From Mobula hypostoma (taxonomy: Eukaryota): a DNA stretch of 64,000 nucleotides. Positions 13,401 through 26,509 of the stretch are shown piece after piece (position 1 is the stretch's first letter; every line of letters starts with the position of its first letter). The translations under genes and the position numbers were made by a program. Location of the stretch: positions 101,682,001-101,746,000 of the forward strand of contig NC_086108.1 of NCBI RefSeq assembly GCF_963921235.1. Reading direction: 5' to 3'. Under the pieces are notes generated by a model. It was not told the origin of the DNA, ran no database searches, and worked only from the letters and a program-made list of their open reading frames with translations.

Positions 13401-13940
13401 GAAGACTTTCAAAGAAATTTTTCACAGTGCTCAACAAAAGCATATTCCAGTTAAAAGCACGGACAGTAAGAGTGGGCAGAGCCATCCTTGGATAACTAAG
13501 GAAATAAAAGAAGGCATCAAACTAAAAACTTGAGCATATAAAGTCACCAAGAGTACTGGGAAACTGGAAGATTGGGAAAACTTTAAAAAGCAACAATGTA
13601 CCACTGAGCGAGCAATAAAGAAAGGGAAGCTAGAATATGAAAATAAACTAGCACAAAATATAAAAACTGATAGTAAAAGTTTTTTATAATTGTAAGTGGA
13701 AAAGGGTGACTAAAGTGAATGTTTGTTCCTTGGAGGACAAGAAAGGGGAATTGGTATTGGATAATGAGGAAATAGCCAAGGCTTTTAATGTCTATTTTGT
13801 GCCGGTCTTCACGGTGGAGGACACATCTAGCATGCCAAAGAGAGATATTATGGATGCAATGGGAGGTGAGGACCTCAATACAATGGATATCACTAAAGAC
13901 ATAGTGCTAAGCAAACTTGTGGGTCAGAAGATAGATAAGA
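10460..13940 (+). mobile_element. CR1 5' portion: ORF1 (Cys zinc finger, coiled coil, SGNH esterase-like) and ORF2 AP endonuclease; interrupted by a younger CR1
   Basis: 'CCSCMMWE...CSKCWLLEELRLKVDDLE', 'VGDSIVRG', 'VHVGTNN', 'ISGLLP', APE 'SIWVEIR', 'LGKSDH'. Confidence 0.88.
12399..13363 (-). mobile_element. Young 5'-truncated CR1 nested in an older CR1
   Basis: ORF 12583-13116 'LVRPHLEYCVQFWSP'; (ttctatgt)n tail; flanked by aacaca direct repeats at 12393-12398 and 13364-13369; nearly identical to 55026-56010. Confidence 0.92.
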
Positions 13941-14169
13941 TAGAAAGTCTTATGCATAAGATAAAGATGCATAGAGGTTACATCACTGGTGATGTGTCCC
14001 AGCGCATCCTACGATGTACCTCAGCATCAAAAGCTGAGTTACCTCTCCTTACGTTTATATGAAATCCAGAAATTGCCTTTCAATGGAATTGGCAAATTTT
14101 AATCCATTCCATTTAATTCTGTCCAATATATCATTGAAAGTCAAGTGATACATTTGGGGTAATTTTCTC

Positions 14170-16441
14170 AAATGTCTTCAGCTATTCTACTCTGCCTGCT
14201 ATCTTAAGCCATTTTAAACCTATGGTGTCACATGGAGGAAGTTTAAACTCAATAGTTCATAAACACTTCTGTTTATCTATGTGTTAGAATATTTTGGATC
14301 CAACCACTTTGATTAACCTCGGATTCTTCTGACATACAGTTCTGCAAAATGTGTCCAGGTGTTATTCATTTCTTTTAAAAGCACTATAGCAATGCAGGCT
14401 GTTACCATTGTAAGAAATATTTCAACCATTAATGAATAACATATATAGAAATTGCAATTATAGTGTACATGGATTTTAGTAGGTCATTTGAAAAGGTACC
14501 CCATGCAAGGCTTATTGAGAAAGTAAGGAGGCATGGGATCCAAGGGGACATTGCTTTGTGGATCCAGAACTGGCCCACAGAAGACAAATTGTGGTTGTAG
14601 GCAGGTCATATTCTGCATGGTGACCGGTGACCAGTGGTGTGCCTCAGGGATCTGTTCTGGGACCCTTATTCTTTGTGATTTTTAAATGACCTGGATGAGG
14701 AAGTGGAGGGATGGGTTAGTAAATTTGCTGATGACACAAAGGTTGGGGGTGTTGTGGATAGTGTGGAGGGCTGTCAGAGGTTACAGTGGGACATTGATAG
14801 GATGCAAAACTGAGCTGAGAAGTGGCAGATGGCGTTCAACCCAGATAAGTTTGGCAAGTCAAATATGATGGCAGAATATAGCATTAATGGCAAGTCTCTT
14901 GGCAGTGTGAAGGATCAGAGGGATCTTGGGATCTGAGTCCATAAGACACTCAAAGCTCCTACACAGGTTGACTCTGTGGTTAAGAAGGCATACGGTGCAT
15001 TGGCCTTCATCATTTGTGGGATTGAGTTTAAGAGCCAAGAGGTAATGTTGCAGCTATATAAGACATCGGTCAGACACCACTTGGAGTACTGTGCTCAGTT
15101 CTGGTCACCTCACTAGAGGAAGGACGTGGAAACCATAGAAAGGGTGCAGAGGAGATTTACAAGGATGTTGCCTGGATTGGGGAGCATGCCTTATGAGAAT
15201 AGATTGAGTGAACTCAGCTTTTTCCCCTTGGAGCAACAAAGGATGAGAGGTGACCTGATAAAGGTGTACAGGATAATGAGAGGCACTGATCTTGTGGATA
15301 GTCAGAGGCTTTTACCCAGGGCTGAAATGGTCAGCACGAGAATGCATAGTTTTAAGGTGCTTGGAAGTAAATACAGAGGAGATATCAGGGGTAATTCTTT
15401 TATGCAGAGAGTGGTGAGTGCGTGGAATGGGCTGCCGGTGGCGGTGGTGGAGGCGGAAATGATAGGGTCTTTTAAGGGACTCCTGGATGGCTACATGGAA
15501 CTTGGAAAAATAGAGGGCTATGGGTAAGCGTAGGACATGTTCGGCACAGCTTTGTGGGCCAAAGAGCATGTATTGTGCTGTATGATTTCTATGTTCTATG
15601 TTTCTAATATATCTATTTTGTTGTTGACTTAACTTTCCAAATTTCAATCTTGGAGAAGTATAGTGCATCTTCATAGGTTTTTACATGTTTTTGGAGATAA
15701 TTGGGTCTTTGACTATGGATTGAGAACTAGATGATACTAAACAAGGAACATTGAAGCAGGAATGTGGATATCAGAAGGAGGTAGATCAGGTGGGGGGGAT
15801 AGGTTGGGCAAGGGCTGGAGATCAATAGCAGCACTTTTGGACTTGAGAGATGAGCATTGCAGACAGACAAGCAGCGTATCAAGGAGTGTGGTCACAGGAC
15901 GGGGAATGGTGATGGAAAAGATGAAGGAGACAGAGGAGAAAGGGAAGAAGTTGTATTTTTATCTTGCCCATCTCGCAGTTTGACACTATCATTTTAAAGT
16001 CAAATTGTCTCAGCAACATGAATCCTCAGGATGTTGTGGCCAATATTACCCCACAAAGCTCCAGAAGTAGGATTGCCTGGGCAATGATTCCATTCTGTGA
16101 GAATCTGACATGGAACTTGTGTTGGGTTGTAAGGTTGACTCATAACACAGAGTACTGAGTTGTATTTTCTGAGTAATGTGAGTGATCCAGAAATAGTTGT
16201 TAATGCGCTTTACAACTTTACCTTTCCTCTTTTATGTTCTCATTGTAACATCAGCATTGTTTGATAAATATCCTTGACTGAGGAACTCAAATGTAGCCTA
16301 GGTTGCTGGAATGAATATTACTTCTGACTGATGACAATTAGTTTGACTTGAAACTTCCCCTTTTCAGCAACACCACAAGAGTTTTGTACTTTTACCAGAT
16401 ATCCATCAAGAAGATTTTCAAATGTTTCCTAACTTATGATG
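14170..16441 (+). repeat. Inverted duplication left arm block B (non-coding), split by a CR1; partner 25396-26507
   Basis: 14170-14458 and 15607-16441 match the reverse complement of 26507-25396 contiguously. The parallel ORF-track translations 15762-15983(+) and 25680-26021(-) share 'GKGWRSIAALLDLRDEHCRQTSSVSR'. Confidence 0.92.
14465..15606 (+). mobile_element. 5'-truncated CR1, present only in the left arm
   Basis: '[10 protein letters not shown]', 'KFADDTK', 'ERVQRRFTRMLPG'; (ttctatgt)n tail; empty site at about 26220. Confidence 0.9.
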
Positions 16442-16564
16442 TTATGAACTTGAAGTAACACACCACTAGGTTCAGAACAGCTGCTTTTCCATAACCATCA
16501 AGTACTTGAACCTGCTTTGACACCAGTTAACACTTCATCGTTATGAGCTCACCGGTCTCTCCTA

Positions 16565-17305
16565 CAAATTAAAGTGGTCCATAGGCCCACATGACCAAGG
16601 ATAAGTTGTCTCGTTTTTACTTGGATACCTCTTCTTATTGTGATAAATGTAATTATGGAGACGCTTCACTCATTCGTATGTTTTGGGCATGTCCGAGTCT
16701 TGAAAAAAATTGGAAAGAAGTATTTCAATCCCTCTCAGTACTTTTTAAAGTAAATTTTCTGCCTAATGCTTTGACCACTCTATTTGGTATTGTTGGAGGA
16801 AAGGATATTATTTTGGAGAAATTTGATTTGCACAGTTTGGCTTTTATTTCTCTTATGGCTAGGAGGGCACTCTTGCTTAAATGGAAAGATGCGGTTCTGT
16901 CCATTCACATTCAATGGCTGCGTGATATGATATCATGTTCAAATTTTGAGAAGATTCGGTGTTCAATTTCAGAATCTAATCAAGACTTTCAAACATTGTG
17001 GGGACCTTTTCTGAACTATTTTCAAAACCTTTGATTTGCTGCTAAAGCACAGATGATGGCTAATAATAAACTTTTTTTCTTTTTTTCTTCCTTTTCTAAT
17101 CAGCTTTGGTCTTGGCAGTGGGTTAGATTTTTTTCCCCATATAATAAATTTACCATATTTCAATATTATGAATTAATCAATTTGTATGAATATAGAGTAA
17201 GGCATTTTGTCTGTGCGATTCAGTATAATGTATCTGATATATTTCTTTTTTCTTGGACTCTGTATTCTCCTATGTAGGAAATTAATAAGAATACTGAAAA
17301 AAGAA
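16565..17305 (+). mobile_element. L1-clade LINE 3' fragment (ORF2 C-terminal Cys-rich domain)
   Basis: 'KVVHRAH..CDKC...SLIRMFWACP' (ORF 16591-17034), A-rich tail; similar to 48094-48560(-). Confidence 0.88.
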
Positions 17306-17354
17306 AAAGATCAATTCTTTTTACATCATATGTCACTGATTTCAATAATGGAAT

Positions 17355-19306
17355 AAGACCATAAGACCATAAGACAAAGGAGCAGAAGTCGGCCATTCGG
17401 CCCATCGAGTCTGCTCCACCATTTTATCATGAGCTGATCTATTCTCCCATTTAGTCCCACTCCCCCGCCTTCTCACCATAACCTTTGATGCCCTGGCTAC
17501 TCAGATACCTATCAATCTCTGCCTTAAATACACCCAATGACTTGGCCTCCACTGCTGCCCGTGGCAACGAATTCCATAGATTTATCACACTCTGACTAAA
17601 AAAATTTCTTCGCATTTCTGTTCTGAGTGGGCGCCCTTCAATCCTTAAGTCATGCCCTCTCGTACTAGACTCCCCCATCATGGGAAACAACTTTGCCACA
17701 TCCACTCTGTCCATGCCTTTCAACATTCGAAATGTTTCTATGAGGTCTCCTCTCATTCTTCTAAACTCCAAGGAATACAGTCCAAGAGCGGACAAACGTT
17801 CCTCATATGTTAACCCTCTCATTCCCGGAATCATTCTAGTGAATTTTCTCTGTACTCTCTCCAACGTCAGCACATCCTTTCTTAAATAAGGAGACCAAAA
17901 CTGCCCACAGTACTCCAAGTGAGGTCTCACCAGCGCCTTATAGAGCCTCAACATCACATCCCTGCTCCTATACTGTATTCCTCTAGAAATGAATGCCAAC
18001 ATTGCATTTGCCTTCTTCACTACTGACTCAACCTGGAGGTTAACCTTAAGGGTATCCTGTACGAGGACTCCTAAGTCCCGTTGCATCTCCGAACTTTGAA
18101 TTCTTTCCCCATCTAAATAATAATCTGCCTGTTTATTATTTCTGCCAAAGTGCATAAACATACACTTTCCAACATTGTACTTCATTTGCCACTTCTCTGC
18201 CCATTCTTCCAATCTATCCAAGTCTCTCTGCAGACTCTCCGTTTCCTCAGCACTACCGGCCCCTCCACCTATCTTTGTATCGTCAGCAAATTTAGCCACA
18301 AAGCCATTTATTCCATAATCCAAATCGTTGATGTACAATGTAAAAAGAAGCAGCCCCAACACGGACCCCCGTGGAACACCACTGGTAACCGGCAGCCAAC
18401 CAGAATAGGATCCCTTTATTCCCGCTCTGTTTCCTGCCAATCAGCCAATGCTCTATTCACGTATGTAACTTTCCCGTAATTCCATGGGCTCTTATCTTGT
18501 TAAGTAACCTCATGTGTGGCACCTTGTCAAAGGCCTTCTGAAAATCCAAATATACAACATCCACTGCATCTCCCTTGTCTAGCCTACTGGTAATTTCCTC
18601 AAAAAATTGTAATAGGTTTGTCAAGCAGGATTTTCCTTTAAGGAATCCATGCTGAGTTCTGCCTATCTTGTCATATGCCTCCAGGTACTCTGTAACCTCA
18701 TCCTTGACAATCGACTCCAACAACTTCCCAACCACCGATGTCAAGCTAACAGGTCTATAATGTCCTTTTTGCTTCCTTGCCCCCTTCTTAAATAACGGAG
18801 TGACATTTGCAATCTTCCAGTCCTCCGGAACCATGCCAGAGTCTATCGACTTTTGAAAGATCATCGCTAATGCCTCCGCAATCTCCACAGCTACTTCCTT
18901 CAGAACACGAGGGTACATTCCATCTGGTCCGTGATATTTATCTACCTTTAGACTATTAAGCTTCCTGAGTACTCTCTCTGTCATAATTGTGACTGCGCAC
19001 ACTTCTCTTCCCTGCCACCCTTGAGTGTCTGGGATACTGCTGATGTCTTCCTCAGTGAGGACTGATGCAAAATACTCATTCAGTTCCTCTGCCATCTCCT
19101 TATCTCCCATTACAATTTCTCCAGCATCATATTCTATCGGTCCTATATCTACTCTCACCTGTCTTTTACTTTTTATATACTTGAAAAAGCTTTTAGTATC
19201 CTCTTTGATATTATTTATTAGCTTCCTTTCATAGTTAATCTTTTCCCTCTTAATGACCTTCTTGATTTCCTTTTGTAAGGTTTTAAAAACTTCCCAATCC
19301 TCTGTC
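17355..19306 (-). mobile_element. Well-preserved 5'-truncated CR1 (RT domain, about one frameshift)
   Basis: ORFs 18457-19464 and 17451-18440 with '[13 protein letters not shown]', 'GVPRGSVLG', 'KFADDTK'; tcttatgg-type tail at about 17357-17375. Confidence 0.95.
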
Positions 19307-22300
19307 TTTGATGACTTTGTTGCAAAATTTGCTGATGATGTGAAGATAGGTGGAGTGGCAGGTAGTTTTGAGGAAGTAGTGAGACTATAAAAGAACTTAG
19401 ACAGGTTAGGAGAATGGGCAAAGGAATGGCAGATGAAATACAGTGTCAGGAAATGTATGGTCATGCACTTTGGTGGAAGAAATGAAAAGACTAACTATTT
19501 CCTGAATGCAGAGAAAATACAAAAAACTGAGGTGCAAAGGGACTTGGGAGTCCTTGTGCAGGATTCCCTAAATAGGAGTGGCCAACGTTTACATTCCGTG
19601 CATCAATTTTTTCACGCACGAGTTCAGATGTGATTTTTTTCACGCACGAGTTCTATATTAACATATTTTTACAAGAATTGAATGGGGATACAAGAGTTGT
19701 GTGGTGCATCTGAAGTGTCACAGGGGAATAGGGTTCCCCTGGTCCTCAGCCCAATGTGTGAGCTGCCAGCATGAGCCATTTATTCCTAGTGTTTAACTTC
19801 TGTCTGTTAGCCAATCCCTGAGAGACATACTCAGAGTATAGAACCGAGGCAAAAGAGTAGTGAGGTCATGGACTGTGCCTCATTACAGAGGAGGAGGTGC
19901 TGGCAATCTTAAAGTGAATTTGGATGGATAAATTCCCAGAGCCTGATAAAGTGCCCATTGGAGCTGGTATGAGGCTAGTGTAGAAATTACAGGGGCCCTG
20001 GCAGAGTTATTTAAACCATACTTAGCCACTGGGGTGATGCTGGAGGATTGAATGTTGTTCCATTGTTTAAGAAAGGCTCTAAGAATAATCTGGAAAATTA
20101 TAGACCGGTGAGCATGATATCTGTAATGGATAAATTATTGCAGGTATTAATAGTGGAAGCAATAAGGTAAAGGAACATGATGTTGCAGGCATCACTGAAT
20201 CATGACTGAAAGGAAATTATAGCTGGGATCTTAATGTCCAAGGATACATGTTGTACCTAAAGAACAGACAGGTAGGCAACTACACAGAGAACATGGCATG
20301 GCTCCGTTAGTAAAAAAGGAAATTACGCCATTAAAAAGAAGTAATGTAGGGTTGAACAGTGTTGAAGTGCTGTCAACAAATTACATTGAGAGAATGAAAA
20401 TGCAAAAGGGAAATGTTACAAGAGCCATGAGGAATTTCAGTATGCACAATAGATTGGGAAAATTATGTTGGTGCTGAATCCTGAGAGGGGCAATTTCTAG
20501 AATCCCTATGAGAATTCTTTTAAGAACAGGTTGTAGTTGAGCCCAATTGGGAACCAGCTATTCTGGATTGGATATTGTGCAATGAACAAAATTGATTAAA
20601 GACTTTAAGGTAAAAGAACCCTTTGGGACGAGTGATCAGAATATGATCAAATTCACTGTCAAATCTGAGGAGAAGCTAAAGTCAGATGTATCAGTATTAC
20701 ATTGGAGTAAAACATATTACAGGGGCATGAGAGAGGAGTTGGCCAAAATATATTGGAAAATAACACTGGCAGGGATGTCAACAAATCAGCAATGGCTGAA
20801 ATTTCTGGAAGCAATTCAGAAAGCATGGGATATACACATCACAAAAAAGAAGAAGTATTCTAAAGGCAAGATGACACAACCATGGCTAACAAGAGAAGTC
20901 AAAGCCAACCTAAAAGCCAAAGAGAAGGCATATCACAAAGCAATAATTAGAGAATTGGGAAGATTTAAACACCAGAAGAAGGTAACTGAATAAAAAGTCA
21001 CTAAGGAGAAAAAGATGGAATACAAAAGTAAGTAAGCCAATAATATTAAAGAAGATACAAAAAATTTCTTCAGATGCATAACGTGTAAAAAGAGAAGTGA
21101 GAGTGGATATCTGAGAATTAGAAAATGTTGCTGGAGGGGTAGTACTGGGAGACAAGGAAATGACAAAGAACTTTTTTGCATCAGTCTTCACTGTGGAAGA
21201 CACTTACAGTGTAGTGGAAATTCTGGAGTGTCCAGGGCCAGAAGTGTGTGAAATTGCCATTACTAAGGAGAAAGTTCTTGGAAAACAGAAAGGTCTAAAG
21301 GTAGATAAGCCACCTGGACTAGATAGTGTACACCCCATAGTTCTGAAACAGGTGGCTGGAAGATTGCAGAGGAATTAGTAATGATCTTTCAAAAGTCACT
21401 GAGTTCTGGAATGGTTCCAGGAGGCTGGAAAATTTCAAATGTCACTCCACTCTGTATAAAGGGAGAGAGATAGAAAAAAGGAAATTATAGGCCACTTAGT
21501 CTGACCTTAGTGGTTGGGAAGATGTTGGATTCGATTGTTAAGCATTTGGTTTCAGGATACTTGGAAGCACATAATAAAATAGGTTGTAGTCAGCATGGTT
21601 TTCACAAGGGAAAATCATACCTGACAAATCTGTTGGAATTCTGTGAAGAAATAACAAGCAAGATAGACAAAGGAGAATCAGATGATGTAGAGTACTTGGA
21701 TTTTGATAGGCCTTTAACAAGCTGCCACACATGAGACTACTTAACAAGTCACAAGCCCATGATATTACAGGAAAGATGCTAGCATTGATAACCAGTGGCT
21801 GATTGACAGGAGGCAAAGAGTGGGAATAAAAGGAGCCTTTTCTGGCTGGTGGCCGATGACTAGTGCCGTTCCACAGTGATCGGTGTTGGGACCACTTCTT
21901 TTTACATTATAAGTCAATGATTTGGGTGATGGAATTGATGGATTTGTTGCAAAGTTTGCAGATGATATGAAGAAAGATGGAGAAGCAGAGAGTTTTGAGG
22001 AAGAAGAGAGGCTACAGAAGGATTTAGACAGATTAGGAGAATGGGCAATGAAGTGGCAGATGAAATACAGTGTCAGGGAGCGTATAGTCCTGCACTTTGG
22101 TAGAAGAAATGAAAAGATAGACTATTTTCTAAATGACAGCAAATTCAGAAATCTAAGTTGCAAAGGGACTTGAGAGTCCTTGTGCAAGATTCCCTAAAGG
22201 TTAATTTGCAGGTAAAGACTGTGGTGAGGAAGACAAATGCAATGTTTTGATAAGGTGCAACAGATGAGGCTGCTTAACAAGATAAAATCCTATAGCATTA

Positions 22301-22905
22301 CAGGAAAGATACTGGCATAGACAGAGGAATGGCTGACAGCCAGGAGATAGTGAGTGGGAATAACACAGGCCTTTTCTGGTTGGCTGCCAGTGACCCATGG
22401 TGTTCCTAAGGGGTCAGTATTGGGACCGCTACTTTTCACATTGTTTGTCAGTGATTTTGGATAATGGAATTGATGGCTTTGTGGCAAAGTTTGTGGATGA
22501 TACGGAGATAGGTGGAGGGGTAGGTAGTGCTGAGGAAGCAATGCAATTGCAGCTTGCAGACAATACGATAATGCATTTCGAGGAAAGGAACAGTAGTGCA
22601 GACTATTATCTAAATGGGAAGAACTTTAAAACATCAGGGGTGCAGAGGAACTTAGGAGTCCTCCTGCTAGACTCCCAGAAGGTTAATTTACAGGTTGAAT
22701 ATGTGGTAAAGAAGGTGAATGGAATGTTGGCATTTATTTCAAGGGGAATAGAATATATAAACAAGGAGATAATGCTTTATAAGACTCTCGTCAGGCTGCA
22801 CTTGGAGTATTGTCAACAGCTTTGGGACCCATATCTCAGAAAGGATGTGTTGTCATTGGAGAGAGCCTAATGGAGAGGTTCGCAAGGATGAGTCCAGGAA
22901 TGAAA
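19307..22905 (+). mobile_element. Cluster of degenerate CR1 fragments (APE and RT; the RT segment occurs more than once)
   Basis: Repeated 'FVAKFADD/FVDD' at about 19320, 21945 and 22480; 'SQHGF'; 'LVRLHLEYC'. Confidence 0.85.
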
Positions 22906-22985
22906 AATAGCTTATGCATTACAGTAAAAGCTCATTGTGTGTTGAATATTATTGTAATATTTTAGGTATTCTGCTAACTTGTTAC

Positions 22986-23724
22986 TGTTATAAGTCTGAG
23001 AACTGAAGTCATGGAAAGGCTGGCCAAACTGACTTCAGACTCATGGAAGATCCCAGTCCATACAACCAGCTGGGCTAGACATTCATCTGAATACTCAGGT
23101 GAGTGAAAATTAGTCAGGCCGTCTTGCCGTTACCCTGCGGTTGGTTCTGTTCCTTCCTGTCCCTTGCCTCCGTCGGGTAAGCCGGGCTGTCTTGCCGTTA
23201 CCCTATGGTTGGTTATGTCCCTTCCTATCCCTTGCCTCCGTTGGGTGGAGATCTGCGCCCTGCCCAGGAGGAGCTTCAAGACCCCAAGTCTCTAGCCGAG
23301 CCGAGCCTCAAGTCTCTAGCCAAGCCTCGCCCCAAGTCTCTAGCCGAGCCTCGCCCCAAGTCTCTAGCCGAGCCTCGCCCCAAGCCAAGCTTCAAGACCC
23401 CAAGCCTCAAGCCTCGCCTCAAGTCTCTGGTCTCCAGCCTCGCCTCAAGCCTGAAGACTTCAGCTTCGTCCCGCCTGCCAGCCAAGTCACATCCTTGCCT
23501 AGTTCTGGGGTCCGAGCCAGAGGCAAGACCCAGATTCTGGGTCCTTGTCCAGTCTCTGGCTCGGAGTCCAAGCCCTGGCTCCTAGCTCTCTTGTCCAGTC
23601 CTGTTCTGGGTGCCCGGTTTTCTTGTCCATGTCCTAGCCCTCACCCTGTATCTTAGTCCTGTCCCTAGTGCTTCAGTGTCTGTGTCTTGCACTTGGGTCC
23701 ATTCCCAGCCACCACCTTATGACA
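22986..23724. mobile_element. Probable solo LTR with internal 24-bp tandem array
   Basis: Termini TGTTATAAG...CTTATGACA (8/9 inverted match, TG...CA); GC-rich interior. No clear TSD. Confidence 0.55.
23284..23450 (+). repeat. 24-bp minisatellite (ccaagtctctagccgagcctcgcc)n, about 4 good units plus degenerate ones
   Basis: Read directly; gives the KSLAEPRP and QVSSRASP periodicity in the ORF track. Confidence 0.9.
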
Positions 23725-23729
23725 GTCCT

Positions 23730-24360
23730 AGCTATTCTGCTTGTGAACGTAGAGGGTAAAGTGAATGCAGGAAAATACATGGAAATCCTGCAGGAAAACC
23801 TGATGTAGTCTGCAAGAGAACTGTGACTTGGGCTAAGATTTGTTTTCCAGCAAGACAATAACCCCAGCATAAAGCCAAAGCTACTCAGGAATGGCTTAAA
23901 AATAACAAAGCCAATGTCCCTGAGTGGCCAAGTCAGAGTCTGTACCTCAATCCTATAGAGAATTGTGGCTGGACTTGAAAAGGCCTGTTCACTCACAATC
24001 CCTATGCCATCTGACAGAGCTTGAGCAGTTTTATAATGAAGAATGGGGAAAAATTGCATTGTCCAGATGTGCAAAGCTGATAGAGACCTATCCACACACT
24101 CAAGACTGTAATTGCTGCTAAAGTTGCATCTACTAAATACTGACTTGAAGTTGGTGAGTAATTATGCAATCAATTATTTTGTTTTTAATAACTATAATAA
24201 ATTCAATCCAATTTGTAGAAATTTGTTTTAACTTTGACATGAAAGAGTGTTTTCTGTTGATCAGTATCAAAAAAGCCAAATAAATCCACTGTGATTCAAT
24301 GTTGTAAAACAATGAAACATGAAAACTTCCAAGGGAGGTGAACATTTTTTATAGACACAG
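23730..24360 (+). mobile_element. Tc1/mariner transposon 3' half (DDE domain remnant plus degenerate terminal repeat)
   Basis: 'FQQDNNPQHKAK', '[14 protein letters not shown]', 'ELEQFYNEEWGKI..SRCAKLIETYP'; end resembles a Tc1 TIR (ggtgaacatttttt..acacag). Confidence 0.88.
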
Positions 24361-24482
24361 GACACAAAAATTATACCAGACTGTGAAAAAAAGTTAGAGT
24401 TATTGAACTATGTTCAAGTGCCTGATGTTTACAGAAAAGTTGCTGTTCTGAACCTAGTGGTGTGGGACTTCTAGTTCGTAAA

Positions 24483-25395
24483 CATAAGACTATAAGACCA
24501 TAAGACATAGGAGCAGAATTAGGAGATCTAGCCTGTCGAGTCTGCTCCACCATTCAATCATGGCTGATCCTTTTTTTTTTATCTCCTCCTCAACCCCAGT
24601 TCCCGGCCTTCTCTCTGTAACCTTTGATGCCATGTCCAATCAAGAACCTATCAATCTCCACCTTACACACACCCAACATCCTGGCCTCCAGGGCTTCATG
24701 TGGCAGCAAATTCCACAAATTTGCCAACCTTTGGCTAAAGAAATTTCTCCGCATCTCTGTTTTGAAAGGGCACCCCTCTATCATGAGGCTGTGCCCTCTT
24801 GTCCTAGACTCTCCCACCATGGGAAACATCTTTTCCCCATCTATTCTGTCTAGGCCTTTCATCATTCGAAAGGTTTCAATGAGATCCCTCCTCACCATTC
24901 TGAATTCCAGCGAGTACAGATCCAGAGCCACAAACATTCCTTGTATGATAACACTTTCATTCATAGAATTATCCTTGTGAACCGCCTCTGAACCCAGCAC
25001 ATCTTTTCTAAGATGAGGGGCCCAAAACTCTTCAGAATACTCACGTTTAAGCCTCACCAGTGCCTTATAAAGCCTCAGTATCACATCCTTGCTCTTGTAT
25101 TCTAGACCCTTTGCAATGAATGCTAACATGGCATTTGCCTTCTTCACCACCGATTCAAACCACAAGTTAACCTTCAGGGTGTTTTGCACAAGGACTCCTA
25201 AGTCCCTCAGCATCTCAGATTCCTGGATTTTCTCCCGATTTAGAAAATAGTCCGCACATTTATTTCTACTACCAAAGTGCATGACCATGCATTTTCCAAC
25301 ATTGTATTTCATTTCCCAATTTCTTGCCCTTTCTCCTAATCTGTCCAAGTCCTTCTGCATCTTACCTGTTTCCTCAACACTATATGCTCCTCCAC
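24483..25395 (-). mobile_element. 5'-truncated CR1
   Basis: ORF 24590-25360, CR1 ORF2 C-terminus; tcttatgg-type tail. Confidence 0.9.
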
Positions 25396-26507
25396 ATCAT
25401 AAGTTAGGAAATATTTGAATAACTTCTTAATAAAAGTACAAAAGTCTTGTGGTGTTGCTGAAAAGGGGAAGTTTGAAATCAAACTAATTGTCCTCAGTCA
25501 GAAGTAATGTTCATTCCAGCTACCTAGGCTACATTTGAGTTCCTCAGTCAAGGATATTTATCAAACAATGCTGATGTTACAATGAGAACATAAAAGAGGA
25601 AATATAAAGTCATAAAACACATTAACAACTATTTCTGGATCACTCACATTACTCAGAAAACACAACTCAGTACTTTGTGTTATGAGTCAACCTTACAATC
25701 CCAACACAAGTTCCATGTCAGTTTCTCACAGGATGGAATCATTGCCCAGGCAATCCTACTTCTGGAGCTTTGTAGGATAATATTGGCCCTAACATCCTGG
25801 GGATTCATGTTGCTGAGACAATTTGACTTTAAAATGTCAGTGTCAATTTGCGAGATGGACAAGATAAAAAAAAACTTCTTCCCTTTCTCCTCTGTCTCCT
25901 TCACCCTTTCCATCACCATTCCCTGTCCTGTGGCCACACACCTTGATACGCTGCTTGTCTGTCTGCAATGCTCATCTCTCAAGTCCAAAAGTGCTGCTAT
26001 TGATCTCCAGCCCTTGCCCAACCTATCCCCCCCACCTGATCTACCTCCTTCTGATACCCATGTTTCTGCTGCAATGTTCTATTGTTAATTTTCATCTAGT
26101 TCTCAATCCATAGTCAAAGGACCAATTATCTCCAAAAAACATGTAAAAACCCATGAAGATGCACTATACTTCTCTAAGATTGGAATTTGGAAAGTAGAGT
26201 CAACAGCAAAATGGATGCATTGGAATTTCTGGATACGTTGTTCATTAATGGTTGAAATATTTCTTACAATGGTAACAACATGCATTGCTCTACTGCTTTT
26301 AAAAGGAATAAAGTACAGCTGAACACATTTTTCAGAACTGTATGTCAGAAGAATCTGAGGTCAGGAGAGGTGGTTGAATCCAAAATATTCTAACAGCTCG
26401 ATAAACAGAACTGTTTATGAAGCATGCAGTTTAAACTTCTTCAGTGTGACAGCATAGGTTTAAATGGCTTAAGATAACAGGCAGAGTAGAATAGCTAAAG
26501 ATATTTT
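25396..26507 (-). repeat. Inverted duplication right arm block B
   Basis: Reverse complement of 14170-14458 plus 15607-16441. Confidence 0.92.
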
Positions 26508-26509
26508 TG

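Noticed and set aside
23141..23656. ORFs of 171 and 126 aa with periodic peptides; possible CRISPR-like array
   Set aside because: They arise from a head-to-tail 24-bp minisatellite with no unique spacers, no cas genes and a eukaryotic context.
25675..26088. 137-aa and 113-aa ORFs in duplicated block B as a novel gene
   Set aside because: No recognisable domain, and the frame is broken in the other arm (15762-15983 vs 15964-16158), so coding conservation is not supported.
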